64,000 bases of DNA. Origin: an uncultured delta proteobacterium (GTDB taxonomy: Bacteria; Myxococcota_A; Polyangia; Polyangiales; B10-G4). The DNA is taken from NCBI GenBank assembly GCA_963727445.1, contig CAVSGI010000009.1, positions 256,001 through 320,000 of the forward strand. The letters are read 5' to 3'. The notes below the pieces were generated by a model. The model saw only the letters and a list, made by a program, of their open reading frames with translations. It had not been told where the DNA came from and made no database searches. A program made the translations under genes and the position numbers. Positions 8,726-19,587 of the stretch are shown in pieces (position 1 is the stretch's first letter; every line of letters starts with the position of its first letter).

Positions 8726-10057
8726 TCAGCCGAAGAGGCTCGCGATCCAGTAGCCGAGGCCGACCGCGCCTGCGGCCGCGAGGGCCACGAGCATCAAGAA
8801 GACCGCGCCCGTGAACATCCTTCGTCGCGAGGCGCTCGTGTCTTCGTGCAGCGCAGCCAGGGGCGGAGGGGCTGCTCGTGGCACCGGAGTGTCCAGGTCG
8901 GAGACGTCGAGGATGCGCGTCTCGGCGCCGTCGATGGGCGGCAGCTCCTCCACGTCGGTGATCTCGTCGGTGTCGTCGAGCGGGATGATCTCCGCCATCG
9001 ACACGAGCTGGGTCTTCACCCGCATCCCGGACTGATTGGACACTCCGGGCGGAGCCTCGTCGCTCAGCACGTGCGCGCGGAGCCGCTCGTGATCCGCGAT
9101 CTCGTTCGCGAACTCCCAACGCATCCACTGCGCGCGATCACTCGGGTCGGTCGACACGCCCAGGCTGGCGACCGCGTCACGGAGCTCGCGAGCCATCGTC
9201 CGCGCGGTGGCGGTTCGCGTGTCGCGATTCCGAGAGAGTGCACGCAGGACCGCGGCGTCGAGGGCGGCGGGTACGAAAGGGTTCGCCTGCGAAGGTGGCT
9301 GAATCACCTGATCGCGAACCGCGCGGAGCGTGGGGAGCGCCCCCTTGCATCGAAAGAGGAAGCCACCGCTCAGCGACTCCCAGAGCGTGACGCCCACGGC
9401 CCAGATGTCGACACGGCGATCGAGATCGGCGCCGACGATCTGCTCGGGGGCGACATAGCTCATCTTGCCCTTGAGGATGCCGACGGCGGTCTTCTCGCGT
9501 TCGGCGGCCTTCGCGATGCCGAAGTCGATGACGCGCACCGTGCCGTCGTAGAGGACGACGATGTTGTGGGGCGAGACGTCGCGGTGAATGGCCTCGAGGG
9601 GCTTGTCGTCGATGCCCACCGCCTCGTGCGCGGCGTGAAGCCCATCGAGTACGTCTGCGGCGATGCTGGTCGCGAAGGCCACCCACTCCGGCGTGCGTAT
9701 TCGACGCTCGCGTGCCCGCTTGCGAAAGAGCGTCCAGAGCGTCTCGCCGGCGAGGAGCTCCTGGACCATGTAGTAGAGCCCGTCCTCCTCGTCCCAGCTC
9801 TCGACCGTGCAGACATTCGGGTGATGGATTTGAGAAGCGAGTCGGGCCTCGTCGAGAAACATCTCGACGTAGAGGGGATCGCTGCTCAGGTGCTCGTGCA
9901 TCACCTTGAGCGCCACCAGCCGATCGCCGTCGACGTCCCGCGCCAGGTACACCGAGGCCATGCCGCCCCGCCCCACCTCACGATGGAGCTCGAAGCGGCC
10001 CAGGCGGCGCCCTTCGAGCGCTCGCGGGCCATGCAGCGGTACCTCGGGACCCACCAT
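8726..10057 (-). CDS. Membrane serine/threonine protein kinase
   Basis: GRGGMASVY, VALK, HRDVSPHN, DFGIAK, YVAPE, DIWAVG; C-terminal TM. Confidence 0.95.
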   Translation of the reverse strand: MVGPEVPLHGPRALEGRRLGRFELHREVGRGGMASVYLARDVDGDRLVALKVMHEHLSSDPLYVEMFLDEARLASQIHHPNVCTVESWDEEDGLYYMVQELLAGETLWTLFRKRARERRIRTPEWVAFATSIAADVLDGLHAAHEAVGIDDKPLEAIHRDVSPHNIVVLYDGTVRVIDFGIAKAAEREKTAVGILKGKMSYVAPEQIVGADLDRRVDIWAVGVTLWESLSGGFLFRCKGALPTLRAVRDQVIQPPSQANPFVPAALDAAVLRALSRNRDTRTATARTMARELRDAVASLGVSTDPSDRAQWMRWEFANEIADHERLRAHVLSDEAPPGVSNQSGMRVKTQLVSMAEIIPLDDTDEITDVEELPPIDGAETRILDVSDLDTPVPRAAPPPLAALHEDTSASRRRMFTGAVFLMLVALAAAGAVGLGYWIASLFG

Positions 10058-10159
10058 GTCGGCTGCGGGTTCCCCCAGCAGAGCGGCCTGGTCAATCCCC
10101 GCGCCGCAGGATTAAGTCGTCTTTCGCCGCACCGTCCTCGTTCCCGGACCCATCGGCGT

Positions 10160-10838
10160 TCAGGGGATCGTCGCCGGGTCGTCGCAGAACGCCCAGAAGC
10201 CGCTGTCGGGTGCGATGTCCTGACAGATGCTCCCGCCAGCCGTTTGCAGGACACCCGATTGGAGGAAGAAGGTGTTACCAGCGGTGACGACGCCGTCCGT
10301 GAAGCGGATGATGAAATCGTCCCCGGTGGTGAAAGTGGTGTTCGTCGCGTCGAAGACGCCTTCGAAGAGTTGATCCGGCACGCTGTCGTGCTCTTGCACG
10401 GTCGCGGTGCCCAACGCGTCCGTTCCGTCGAAGGCGGAGAGCTGAAGGAACCAGGAGTAGAAGAGCCCCAGCGAGGGCGTGATCGAATCCCCCATGTGGA
10501 CGATGACGAAGTACGTCCCGTCGGGCTCCACGCCGCAATCCGCGCTGATGATGTCGAGCTTGGGATCTCCCGCTGCAGGTCGCGTCATCCGAAGGGTCGG
10601 TTCCCGCGACGGTCGGTGCTGGCGGGATGGTGTCGCTGCTGACCCGTGTGTCCACCGAAGCCTCCAAAACATCTGTCGCCGCATCCATCACATCGGGCGT
10701 GGCGTCCCCCGCGTCCGGATGGCGATCCACGGTATCGGGGGCAGCGTCCATCGGGGGCGGCGGGGGCTCGTCCGTAGGACAGCCGCCGAGGATTGAGAGG
10801 AGCGGAGCGAGGAGGAGCAGTTGGAGGCACCGGTTCAT
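10160..10838 (-). pseudogene. Lipoprotein split by a frameshift near 10570 (possible sequencing error)
   Basis: Lipobox LGGC frame (ORF 10275-10838) reads ...DDATCSG, then continues in another frame as DPKLDIISADC... (ORF 10160-10684). Confidence 0.65.
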
Positions 10839-10876
10839 CGAGATTCATGCTACCCGATGAGCCGCCGAGGGTCGCG

Positions 10877-11105
10877 CGACAACTCCCAAGGGCAGTTGGG
10901 CGACGGCACCACCGTAGCCCGGACCTCCTTCGCGTCGGCTACGATTCCCACCACCGCACACGACATCACGGCTGGCGCCATGCACACCTGTGTGGTGGAC
11001 ATCGTCGGCGACGTCTACTGCTGGGGCGCCAACGATTGGGGTCAGCTCGGCGACGGGTCGATGACCCGGCGGCTCAGCGCGGTGTCCGTGGCGGGGCTGC
11101 GCTGA
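10877..11105 (+). pseudogene. C-terminal fragment of an RCC1-repeat protein
   Basis: DNSQGQLGDGTT...ITAGAMHTC...VYCWGANDWGQLGDG; no credible N-terminus. Confidence 0.7.
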
Positions 11106-11111
11106 GTCGGG

Positions 11112-12500
11112 TCAGAGCAGCGGGGCCATCAACCAGCACAGACGCGCTGCCAGCCTGCGGAGGGTCGTGAGCTCGTCGTATTCGTAACCCGTGATCGAAG
11201 TCGCGTTTTCGAAATCCCGACTGAGCATGTCGGCGACCTGGCTGGCGAAGGTTTCGCTCCGGACGACGGCGCCGATCTCGAAGTTGAGCGCGATCGAGCG
11301 GTAGTCGAGGTTGGCGGATCCGATCATCGCCGTATGGTCGTCGACCAGCACCACCTTCTGATGCATGAAGCCCGCGTTGGCCCGAAAGAAGTGAACACCG
11401 CTGTCGGTGTGATCCTTCAAGCAGACCAGTGCGGCGAGGGTGGAGACCAGGTGGTCGCTCGCGTGGGGCAGGAGGATGCGTACGTCGACGCCGCGCCTCG
11501 CTGCGAGCCGCAGCGCGAGGTCCACGCCCGGCGTCGGGACGAAGTAAGGCGAGGTGATCCAGAGCCGCTGGCGAGCCTCAGCGAACAGCGCGGCGAAGCC
11601 GAGGCCCAGCGCGGGATGCTCCGCCAGGGGCCCGGTGGCGAAGATCAACGCCTCGTCCTCGCCCGCGGGCGCGTCGTGTTCCGCGAGCTCGGGCGTCGAG
11701 CCGCTGGCCCACTGCCAGTCCAGCATCCACGCCGACTGCACGTCGGCGACCGCCGGGCCTTCGATGCGCAGATGCGTGTCGCGCCACGGGGACAGGCGAG
11801 GATCGTCGCCCAAGTACTCGTCCCCGACGTTCAGGCCGCCGATGAAGGCGACGCGGCCATCGACCACCACGATCTTTCGATGGTTGCGGAAGTTGAACCC
11901 GAGTCGACCGGCCCAGCCGCCGCGCGATCCGAAGGCATGGGTTTCGATGCCCGCGCCCTGCAGGCGACGGACGTAGCTCTTGATGCTCGGTCCCGATCCG
12001 ACCTCGTCGTAGAGGACCCGCACGTTCGCGCCGCGACCCACGGCCTCGATCAGGGCGTCGGCGAACTTCCCGCCGATGTCGTCGTCGCGCAGGGTGTAGA
12101 AGGAGACGCAAACGAAACTCTCCGCCCGGGTGATCGCGTCGAAGATCGCTTCGAAGGTGGCCTCCCCGTCGATGAGCAGGTCGAGGCGAACACCCGAACG
12201 AAACGGGCTGAGCGCGATGCGCTCGAAGACGGAGTCTCCCCCCGCGCGCTTCTGCTGCGCGATCCCATGGCGCCGCAGGCGTCGCTCGTAGGCGCCGAGG
12301 CGATGATGTCCGAGCACCAGATAAGCGGGCACGGCGACCCAAGGAACGAAGACAAGGGCGAGGGCCCAGGCGATCGCGCCCTGAGGTGTTCGCACTCGAA
12401 ACACGCTGTGTGCGGCGGCGGAGAGACCGGCTAGGTGGATCACCGCCAGCAGCAGCGCCCACACGACACGAATGTCCAGCTCGACCACGCCCCACATCAC
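11112..12500 (-). CDS. cls: Cardiolipin synthase (phospholipase D family)
   Basis: N-terminal TM pair; two HKD motifs, RNHRKIVVVDG and MHQKVVLVDD...GSANLD. Confidence 0.92.
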   Translation of the reverse strand: MMWGVVELDIRVVWALLLAVIHLAGLSAAAHSVFRVRTPQGAIAWALALVFVPWVAVPAYLVLGHHRLGAYERRLRRHGIAQQKRAGGDSVFERIALSPFRSGVRLDLLIDGEATFEAIFDAITRAESFVCVSFYTLRDDDIGGKFADALIEAVGRGANVRVLYDEVGSGPSIKSYVRRLQGAGIETHAFGSRGGWAGRLGFNFRNHRKIVVVDGRVAFIGGLNVGDEYLGDDPRLSPWRDTHLRIEGPAVADVQSAWMLDWQWASGSTPELAEHDAPAGEDEALIFATGPLAEHPALGLGFAALFAEARQRLWITSPYFVPTPGVDLALRLAARRGVDVRILLPHASDHLVSTLAALVCLKDHTDSGVHFFRANAGFMHQKVVLVDDHTAMIGSANLDYRSIALNFEIGAVVRSETFASQVADMLSRDFENATSITGYEYDELTTLRRLAARLCWLMAPLL

Positions 12501-12561
12501 CGCGACCCTACAGCAAGCGGCGGGCCGATGTGATTATCCTCGCCGTCCAGCGGAGGTGCGC

Positions 12562-13416
12562 ATGAAGCTCGATCAGGTCGTCCAATTCGTGGAGTCATAC
12601 CTGTCTCCCAGCACCTGGACGGGTGCGATGGCTCTCCTTCTGATCACGGTGGTGGTCACGTGGCTCTTCGAGCGAATGCTCGGCCGTTACCTTCGCAAGG
12701 CGTATCAGGGGGCAAAGCCCGAGGAGCACCCGGCCCGATTCTTCGTCTATCAACTCTTCCGAGCGGGGGTGTGGCTCTTCGCCGCCGTCCTCTATGCCCA
12801 TGCGGTGCCAGCGTTGCGCTCCATCGGGACGGCCCTCTTGGCCAGCGCGAGCGTGGTGTCCATCGTGCTCGGAATCGCGGCGCAGAACACGCTGGGTAAC
12901 TTGATAGCCGGTGCCTCCCTCCTGATCTATCGCCCCTTCGTCGTGGGGGATCGGATCCAGATCACGGCCCCGACCGGTGTCGAGCTCGGCACGGTGGAGC
13001 GAATCTCGCTCGGATACACGACGGTCAAGACCTTCGACAACAGGCGGATCGTTCTGTCGAACAGCGCGATCGCGAATCAGCCGACCATCAATCACACGAG
13101 CGTCGACCCGCGCGTCCTCGCCATCATCCCGGTGTCCATCTCCTACACCTCCGATGTCGATGCCGCTCGCGCCATCCTCCTCGAGCTCGCCGCCGCTCAC
13201 GAGAAGGTCGAAGAGGTCGTCAGCTGCCCGGTGGTCACGCTCGGTGCGAGCTCCGTCGACATGTCGCTCCGCGTGTGGACCGCGAGCTCGGACGATGCGT
13301 TTGCGGTCAAGTTCGAGCTCCTCGAGCGCGCGAAGCAGCGCTTCGAGGCGGCGGGTGTCGAGATCCCGTACCCGTATCAGAACGTCGTGCTGCACCAGGT
13401 GGACGACGCTGCGTGA
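12562..13416 (+). CDS. mscS: Small-conductance mechanosensitive channel
   Basis: GIAAQNTLGNLIAG...RPFVVGDRI...GTVERI; C-terminal GVEIPYP; GGAGG RBS. Confidence 0.9.
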   Translation: MKLDQVVQFVESYLSPSTWTGAMALLLITVVVTWLFERMLGRYLRKAYQGAKPEEHPARFFVYQLFRAGVWLFAAVLYAHAVPALRSIGTALLASASVVSIVLGIAAQNTLGNLIAGASLLIYRPFVVGDRIQITAPTGVELGTVERISLGYTTVKTFDNRRIVLSNSAIANQPTINHTSVDPRVLAIIPVSISYTSDVDAARAILLELAAAHEKVEEVVSCPVVTLGASSVDMSLRVWTASSDDAFAVKFELLERAKQRFEAAGVEIPYPYQNVVLHQVDDAA

Positions 13417-13485
13417 CCGGTGAGCTCGCGAGCGTTCGCGAGATCCGCGATCCACACAGGTGAGCTCTGGGGTTAGGCTAGCGCC

Positions 13486-14790
13486 ATGTCGGGGTCGGAC
13501 GAGAGCGCGGACGCGGGTGAACGCACCCTCGGGTTCTGGGCGACGGTCTCCATCGGCGTGGGTGGGATGGTCGGCGGGGGCATCTTCGCGGTGCTCGGTC
13601 TGGCGGTGTCGTTGGCCCAGGGTGGGACGCCCATCGCCTTCACGGTCGCCGGACTGGTCGCGCTGGTCACCGCCTATTCCTACGCGCGGCTTTCGGTCCA
13701 TTTCCAGAGCCAGGGCGGAACGGTGGTCTTCGTCGATCGCGCCTTCGGCCGAGGGCTCCTCACAGGCAGCCTCAATACGCTCCTCTGGACGAGCTACGTC
13801 GTCATGCTCGCGCTCTACTCCTACGCCTTCGGCAGTTACGGGGCGACGTTCTTCCCGAACGGCGGCGCGCTGGTTCGGCACGGGTTGATCACCGCCGGGA
13901 TCCTGGTGCCGACGGTGCTCAACATGCTCGCCGCTTCCGTCGTCGGGAAGGCAGAGACCTGGATCGTCGCGATCAAGATCACGATCCTCACGGTCTTCGT
14001 GGTGGTGGGCGCGTTTCAGGTGGATCCCGCGCGCCTCGCGCCCTCCACCTGGGCCGGCCCCGTGCATCTGATCGCGGGTGGGATGATCATCTTCCTCGCC
14101 TACGAAGGCTTCGAGCTGATGGCGAACGCGGCGGAGGACGTGCGCGATCCGAAGAAGACCCTGCCCCGCGCCTTCTTCACGACCGTGGTCTTCGTCATCG
14201 TCCTCTACGTGCTGGTCTCGTTGGTGACCGTCGGGTCCATGCAGCTCTCCGACATCATCGACGCGAAGGACTACGCGCTCGCGGAGGCCGCGCGTCCTTC
14301 GCTCGGTTCGGTCGGCTTCGAGATCATCGGCGTCGCGGCGATGCTCAGCACGTTTTCCGCGATCAACGCGACGCTCTACGGGGCGGCGCGTCTCAGCTAC
14401 ACCATCGCCAAGGAGGGAGAGCTGCCGGAGGCGCTCGAGAAGAAGGTCTGGAACCGTCCGATCGAAGGCCTCCTGGTCACGGCCGTCCTGTCCACCGCTC
14501 TCGCCAACCTCGCCGACCTCTCGAGCATCTCGATGATGGGCAGCGCCGGGTTCCTGCTGGTCTTCGCCGTGGTCAACGCCTCTGCCGCCAAGCTCTCGAA
14601 GGAGATCGGCGCGAGAAAGAGCCTGGCCATCGGGGGCGTGGTCGCGTGCGTGGCCGCCCTGGGTGCGCTGGTCTGGCAGACCATCGAGAACCATCCGATG
14701 CATCTCCTGGTGCTCGCCGGGATGCTCCTGCTCTCCTTCCTGGTGGAGCTGGGCTATCGCGAGCTTCGCGACCACGAGCTCAGCCTCTGA
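13486..14790 (+). CDS. APC family amino acid permease
   Basis: GGMVGGGIF, FLAYEGFE...AEDVRDPKKTLPRA; about 12 TM segments. Confidence 0.9.
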   Translation: MSGSDESADAGERTLGFWATVSIGVGGMVGGGIFAVLGLAVSLAQGGTPIAFTVAGLVALVTAYSYARLSVHFQSQGGTVVFVDRAFGRGLLTGSLNTLLWTSYVVMLALYSYAFGSYGATFFPNGGALVRHGLITAGILVPTVLNMLAASVVGKAETWIVAIKITILTVFVVVGAFQVDPARLAPSTWAGPVHLIAGGMIIFLAYEGFELMANAAEDVRDPKKTLPRAFFTTVVFVIVLYVLVSLVTVGSMQLSDIIDAKDYALAEAARPSLGSVGFEIIGVAAMLSTFSAINATLYGAARLSYTIAKEGELPEALEKKVWNRPIEGLLVTAVLSTALANLADLSSISMMGSAGFLLVFAVVNASAAKLSKEIGARKSLAIGGVVACVAALGALVWQTIENHPMHLLVLAGMLLLSFLVELGYRELRDHELSL

Positions 14791-15332
14791 GTCGCGGACC
14801 TGTGGTGGGCCCGTTCGCGAGCGAGGCGGAGGAAGCTCCAGCCTCTCTTCGAGACAAACCACGAGATGGGCAAGGCGGGCCAGAAGATCCAAGGCCACTC
14901 CTGAGCCCAGCGCGGCGATGTCTCCGCCACCGTCAGGTCGAAGCCGGTGTGCGCTTCACCGGCGGGGCCGTCGACGTCTACGTCGATCCGCCACCGGCCC
15001 GACCTCGGCAGGTCGACGATGGCCGCTGAGTAGAGCTTGTTCGTCGCGAGGTCTCGGCTCGCCCGCGCTTCGATCGGCGCATCGCCCCGTGGCGGCCGCG
15101 CGCGGACGACCACCGTCGCGTCTCTGTCGACCTCGCCGCTCGAGGCGTCCTGCACCAGCACGCTCACGTCGAGGGCGGCCGCGCGCGGCGGCGTCGGCGT
15201 GGTGAAGACGGTGACCCGGTAGTGGCCACGCACATCCGAGACGCGCACCGTTCCGCCGTCGGCCTCGGCGCGGTGAGCCGCCACGAGCATCAGCACGGCG
15301 ACGCCGAGCATCGACGCGACCCGTCGCCTCAC
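14754..15332 (-). CDS. Exported YtkA/FixH-like Ig-fold protein
   Basis: GTG overlapping the upstream TGA; signal ...AEADGGTVR, ATNKLYSAAIVDLPRSGRWRI, C-terminal hydrophobic segment; 3' end uncertain. Confidence 0.6.
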   Translation of the reverse strand: MRRRVASMLGVAVLMLVAAHRAEADGGTVRVSDVRGHYRVTVFTTPTPPRAAALDVSVLVQDASSGEVDRDATVVVRARPPRGDAPIEARASRDLATNKLYSAAIVDLPRSGRWRIDVDVDGPAGEAHTGFDLTVAETSPRWAQEWPWIFWPALPISWFVSKRGWSFLRLARERAHHRSATQRLSSWSRSSR

Positions 15333-17555
15333 GACATCCCCCGCATCGCCATCGGAGACAGCAGCGTCCAGACCCCGGCCGCGTAGAGCCCGATCATCAG
15401 CACGCCCCAGGGAAGCGCCGCCAGGAGCGCCTTGCCTTCGGCGGCGTGCGCGCGTCCGTTTCGGTAGGCCGCGTAGAGCCCGCCGAGGAGCCCGAGCCGC
15501 GAGGAGGAGGAGCTCGGTGTGGAGGATCCACGGCGCGGCGCTGGCGTTCATCGCCATGATCGGCATGCGGCCGAGGAAGCGGCCCGCGACCGGGAACACC
15601 GCGCCCAGACCGGTGAGGAAGTGAAACGCGGTGTGCGCCGCCCACATCCCGAGCCCGAGCGGGACGAGCGCCCGGACGAAGCGTCCAGCGACGACTCGCA
15701 CCGACCCTCGCGCGCCGCCGAAGCGCTTCGAGAGCCATGCGCTGGCGCTCACGAAGAGCAGGGGCGCGACGAGGAGACCGACCGCGAGCTCCGCCCCCAC
15801 CACCAGCGGGCGCGGCCACCCCGACGCTTCGACGAGGCGATCCTCGAGGGCCAAGGCAGGGCCCACCATGGCCGCCGCGTTCACGAAGCCGCCGAAGACG
15901 AGGACGGAGACCAGGGCGGTGAGATCGAGGCGATCCGCGAAGCGGCCGACGCCGGAACGGCGCGGCGGATCGCGAACCAGATCGAGCCCCGGCGTGACCG
16001 ACGCGAGGGTCACGTTGTCGTGTGGACACGCGCGGGCGCAGTCGAGGCAGAAGGTGCAGTCCATGTTTCCCGACTTCAGCGGGACGAAGAGGTCGGTTTG
16101 GCAGCCGGGGCTCGAAGCGCTCCCGCGCACGCACTCGTGCGTCGTGCAGCTGGCGCAGACGTCTTCGCTTCGAGCTCTCACCTCCGAGGGAGAGACGAGC
16201 GCGTGGACGAAATCGAACTGCCCTATCGGGCAGACGTGCTTGCAGAAGGCCGCCCCGTCGAAGAGTGCGTCCACCACCGCTGCGCCCACGAAGTAGGCGA
16301 CGATGAGCCACGCCGTCCAGAAGGGGCTCGACCAGAGCGAGAGCGCCTCGTAGGCCCAGAGAAAGAGGACCAGCAGCGCGATCGCGACCCACTTGTTCCG
16401 CAGGACACGCGGCCAGCGGCGGCGCCGAAACGGAAGCAGGCGCGTGAGCTTTCGGGAGAGCGTGAAGGGGCAGACGCCGCAGAAGAGGTTGCCGGCGAAG
16501 AGGATTCCGATCACCAAGAGCCCGCGAAAGTAGATCCAGGGTCCGACGCCGGCGGCGTTCATGGGCGGCAGCTGTGGGCCGAGGAGCCCATCGGCGACGA
16601 CCAGCGCCGCGAGCGCGAAGAGCGCGAGCTGAGCGAGGATCCGCGGTCGCCTCGCGCTCAGAAGGCGTCCCACGTTCCCCCGCGACCCGCGCTCGCGCGT
16701 CGCTCGTGGTTCGACGATCACCGGCAGGCGGCGTGGCCGCACGCGTCGCGACGCGAGGAGCTCGGGGATCAGTCGTACCGCGGCGAGCAGGTACGCGACG
16801 CACCCGAAGACCCAGAGGAGCGCGCCCGCCATCGCCTGATCATCGAGCGCGTTCGTGCCCAGCACCCGCGGCACGCGTGCGTAGTGTGGATAGAGAACCC
16901 GAGAGGCGAAGGTGATGAAGGAGGCGAGCGCCGTTCCCTGAACGCCGGCGACGAGGAGATAGGGGATCAGCCACCAGCGATCGGGCGCGCGGCGGCTGCT
17001 GGGCCAGGGCGCGATCACCGGCCACCAGAAAAGGAGGGCGGCGCCGAAGAACGCAGCGTGCTCGGTGTAGTGCCAGGGCTGTGAGCGGAGCGTCAGCTCG
17101 TACACGCCCGGGAGGTGCCAGACCCAGCTCACCACGGTGAAGACCAAGAGGCGCATGGGGAGCGTGGCGGCGCTGCGCACCCACTCGGCGAGCGGGCTCG
17201 TCATCACTTCGGTGGCGGCCGGTCGCAAGAGGCGCGGCAGCCCGTGCACAAGGGGCAGCCCCGGCGCTCCGCCGGCCACCAGGATCGGCGCCAGCACCAT
17301 CAGGAGCAGGTGCTGGATCATGTGCACGGAGAGCAGGAGATCCGAGAGCGGGTCGATGGGAGAAGCGAGGGCGACGAAGAGCACGCCGAGACCCATGCTG
17401 AAGAGGGCCAGCCGGCGCCGCGACACCACGCCCGCGCCGCGCGCGCGCAGGCGCAGATAGCCGCGAATGTAGATCCAGGCGACGAGCGCCACAGGCACGA
17501 CGACCGAGGCGTCCATGGGCCACGAAGCGAGGATCGACGCCCACGTCGCGTCCAT
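15329..17555 (-). CDS. CtaG-like cytochrome c oxidase assembly factor fused to a 4Fe-4S polyferredoxin membrane domain; +1 frameshift near 15497
   Basis: SVHMIQHLLL, WHLP, EH..F; CGVCP, FCKHVCP, CTFCLDCARACPHDN; a hydrophobic C-terminus (LGLLGGLYAAY...PMAMRGMS*) lies in the shifted frame. Confidence 0.8.
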
Positions 17556-17557
17556 GC

Positions 17558-19027
17558 TCAGTCGCCCCTCGCTACCGCGTCACTTCCGAGCGCGTGGGTC
17601 TCCGAAGTCGGGGCACGGGCCTCGTCTCCGTCGAGGGTCTGCATGAAGGCCACGACGGCGCTGACCTCGGCGGGGCTGAGGCGTTGACCGTAGGCAGGCA
17701 TGTTGCCGCCGCCCTGCAGCACCTGACGCACGAGCTCGGGGCGGGTCAGGCGCGCGGCGACGCCGTCCAGCGCCGGGCCTCGTTCGCCGCCCTCGCCGCC
17801 GAGCGCATGACAGTTGCGGCAGTTCTTGTTCTGCAAGACCACCGCCCCCTGGCGCTCGAGCGCCGTCCGGCCACGCACGTAACGGACCGGGACCGGCGCC
17901 GCCGTCCACGCGTCCATGTGAGGCGACCAGGGCGCCTCGCTGCCGATCCAGGTCAACAGGCCGAGCACCACGGCGGTGATCGCGACGAGCGCGACCGCCA
18001 CCGGGCGCCGACTGGGCGCGCGTTCGCCTCGGCGGAAGATGAAGGGAACGACCCCGAGGCCGAGCAGCAGCGCCACCGGAAGCCCGAGCATGATCGCCGT
18101 CTCCCAGGAGGGCGGCGCCAGGGCCAGCGCGGCGAAGAGCGGCAGGAAGTACCAATCGGGACGGGGCTCGGCGCTCAGAACGCTGGCGTCGGGTGGAGCG
18201 CCCGGGCCGGTGGGACCGAGCGCGGCAGCGATCACCAGGACGGTGAGCACCGAGAGGGCCGCGAAGATCCCGTCCTTCCAGAACGCACGCGGATAGAAGG
18301 GCTCGCCCTTCGAGAGCAGCTCCTCGTAGTGCGCGTCGTAGCTCTCCTCGTCCACGACCTCGCCTGCAACCGGAGGCTCGGAGATCCCTCGCCGGATCAC
18401 GAGGTAGAGGTGGAGGCCGACGAGACCGAGGAGGATCGCGGGCACGACGAAGACGTGGAGCCCGAAGAAGCGTGAGACCGTGGCGCCTCCGATGTAGTCG
18501 CCGCCGAGCACCAGTCGAACCATCGACGGACCGATCACCGGTAGGCGCCCCATCATCGAGGCGAGGACGTTGACGCCCCAATAGGCCGACTGATCCCAGC
18601 GCAGGATCTGCCCGGAGAAGGCCATCAGCAGGGTGATCAGGAAGAGCAGAGACCCCACCAGCCAGGTGAGCTCCCGTGGGTACTTGAACGCGCCGAAGAG
18701 GAACACCTGCGCCAGGTGGACGCACATCATCACCACCATCCCGCTCGCGCTGAAGTTGTGGAGCGCGCGGAGGAGCCAGCCGAGGGTGACGGCGTGGTTC
18801 AGATGCTGAAGGCTCGCGTACGCCCCCTGTGCCGAGGGCACGTAGAAGAAGGCGAGGAGGGACCCGGTGACGATCTGGACCGCGAGAAAGGTCAGGGTCG
18901 CGCTCCCGAAGACGTACCACCAGTTGACCCCCGGCGGGACGGGGTGGCGGAGCGTCTCGCGTACGAAGTCGCCGAGCTCGAGGCGACGTTCGAACCATCC
19001 GACGAAGCGTGACCACCTCTCGCGCAT
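17558..19027 (-). CDS. qcrB: Cytochrome b (b6 + subunit IV) fused to C-terminal cytochrome c
   Basis: WWYVFGS, RALHNFSAS..HLAQVF, FFGLHVF..HLYLV, PRPDWYFL, CRNCH. Confidence 0.9.
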   Translation of the reverse strand: MRERWSRFVGWFERRLELGDFVRETLRHPVPPGVNWWYVFGSATLTFLAVQIVTGSLLAFFYVPSAQGAYASLQHLNHAVTLGWLLRALHNFSASGMVVMMCVHLAQVFLFGAFKYPRELTWLVGSLLFLITLLMAFSGQILRWDQSAYWGVNVLASMMGRLPVIGPSMVRLVLGGDYIGGATVSRFFGLHVFVVPAILLGLVGLHLYLVIRRGISEPPVAGEVVDEESYDAHYEELLSKGEPFYPRAFWKDGIFAALSVLTVLVIAAALGPTGPGAPPDASVLSAEPRPDWYFLPLFAALALAPPSWETAIMLGLPVALLLGLGVVPFIFRRGERAPSRRPVAVALVAITAVVLGLLTWIGSEAPWSPHMDAWTAAPVPVRYVRGRTALERQGAVVLQNKNCRNCHALGGEGGERGPALDGVAARLTRPELVRQVLQGGGNMPAYGQRLSPAEVSAVVAFMQTLDGDEARAPTSETHALGSDAVARGD

Positions 19028-19041
19028 GTTGCCGCTCCTCT

Positions 19042-19587
19042 TCAAGACGATCGCTCGAAGGTGTTGGAGAGCGTCGGCAGATGACCGCCCAGGACCTTGA
19101 GCCGGCGGTTTTCGATCTTCGTCGGGTACTGGTAGAGCCCGCGCGGCGGCGGCCCGGCCGCACGCGATCCGTCCTCGTAGTACACGCCACCATGGCAGGG
19201 GCACATGAAGAGGCCCGACTGACGAAACCAGGTGACGGGACAGCCGAGGTGGGTGCAGTTGGGCGACAGCACGACGAACTCCGAGCTTGCCTTGCGGCGT
19301 ACGTACGCCGACAGGTGTGCGCTCCCGCCGTCGTCGGAGGTGGACCCCGGATGGGTGAAGGACACGGCGCGCGTCTGCCCGACCTCGAAGTCGTCGATGG
19401 GGCCGAGGTCGATCGATTCCTCCGCGTGTTTCCCGAAGAGCGGCCCGAGGACCGCGCCGAGGACCGGTGTGGCGACGGCAGCCGCGGCGAGCCCGCCGAG
19501 GGCCGCGCCGATGCGTGTGAGCCAACTACGGCGCGACTCGGGCTCGGGTGCGTCGCTCGACTCAGCGTTTGGTTCGTCTTCGTTCAT
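19042..19587 (-). CDS. qcrA: Rieske iron-sulfur subunit (Tat-exported)
   Basis: SRRSWL Tat motif, CTHLGC, CPCHGG, GPPPRGL. Confidence 0.92.
   Translation of the reverse strand: MNEDEPNAESSDAPEPESRRSWLTRIGAALGGLAAAAVATPVLGAVLGPLFGKHAEESIDLGPIDDFEVGQTRAVSFTHPGSTSDDGGSAHLSAYVRRKASSEFVVLSPNCTHLGCPVTWFRQSGLFMCPCHGGVYYEDGSRAAGPPPRGLYQYPTKIENRRLKVLGGHLPTLSNTFERSS

Noticed and set aside
14754..17555. A single 933 aa protein
   Set aside because: Better explained as two genes joined by a one-base insertion near 15497
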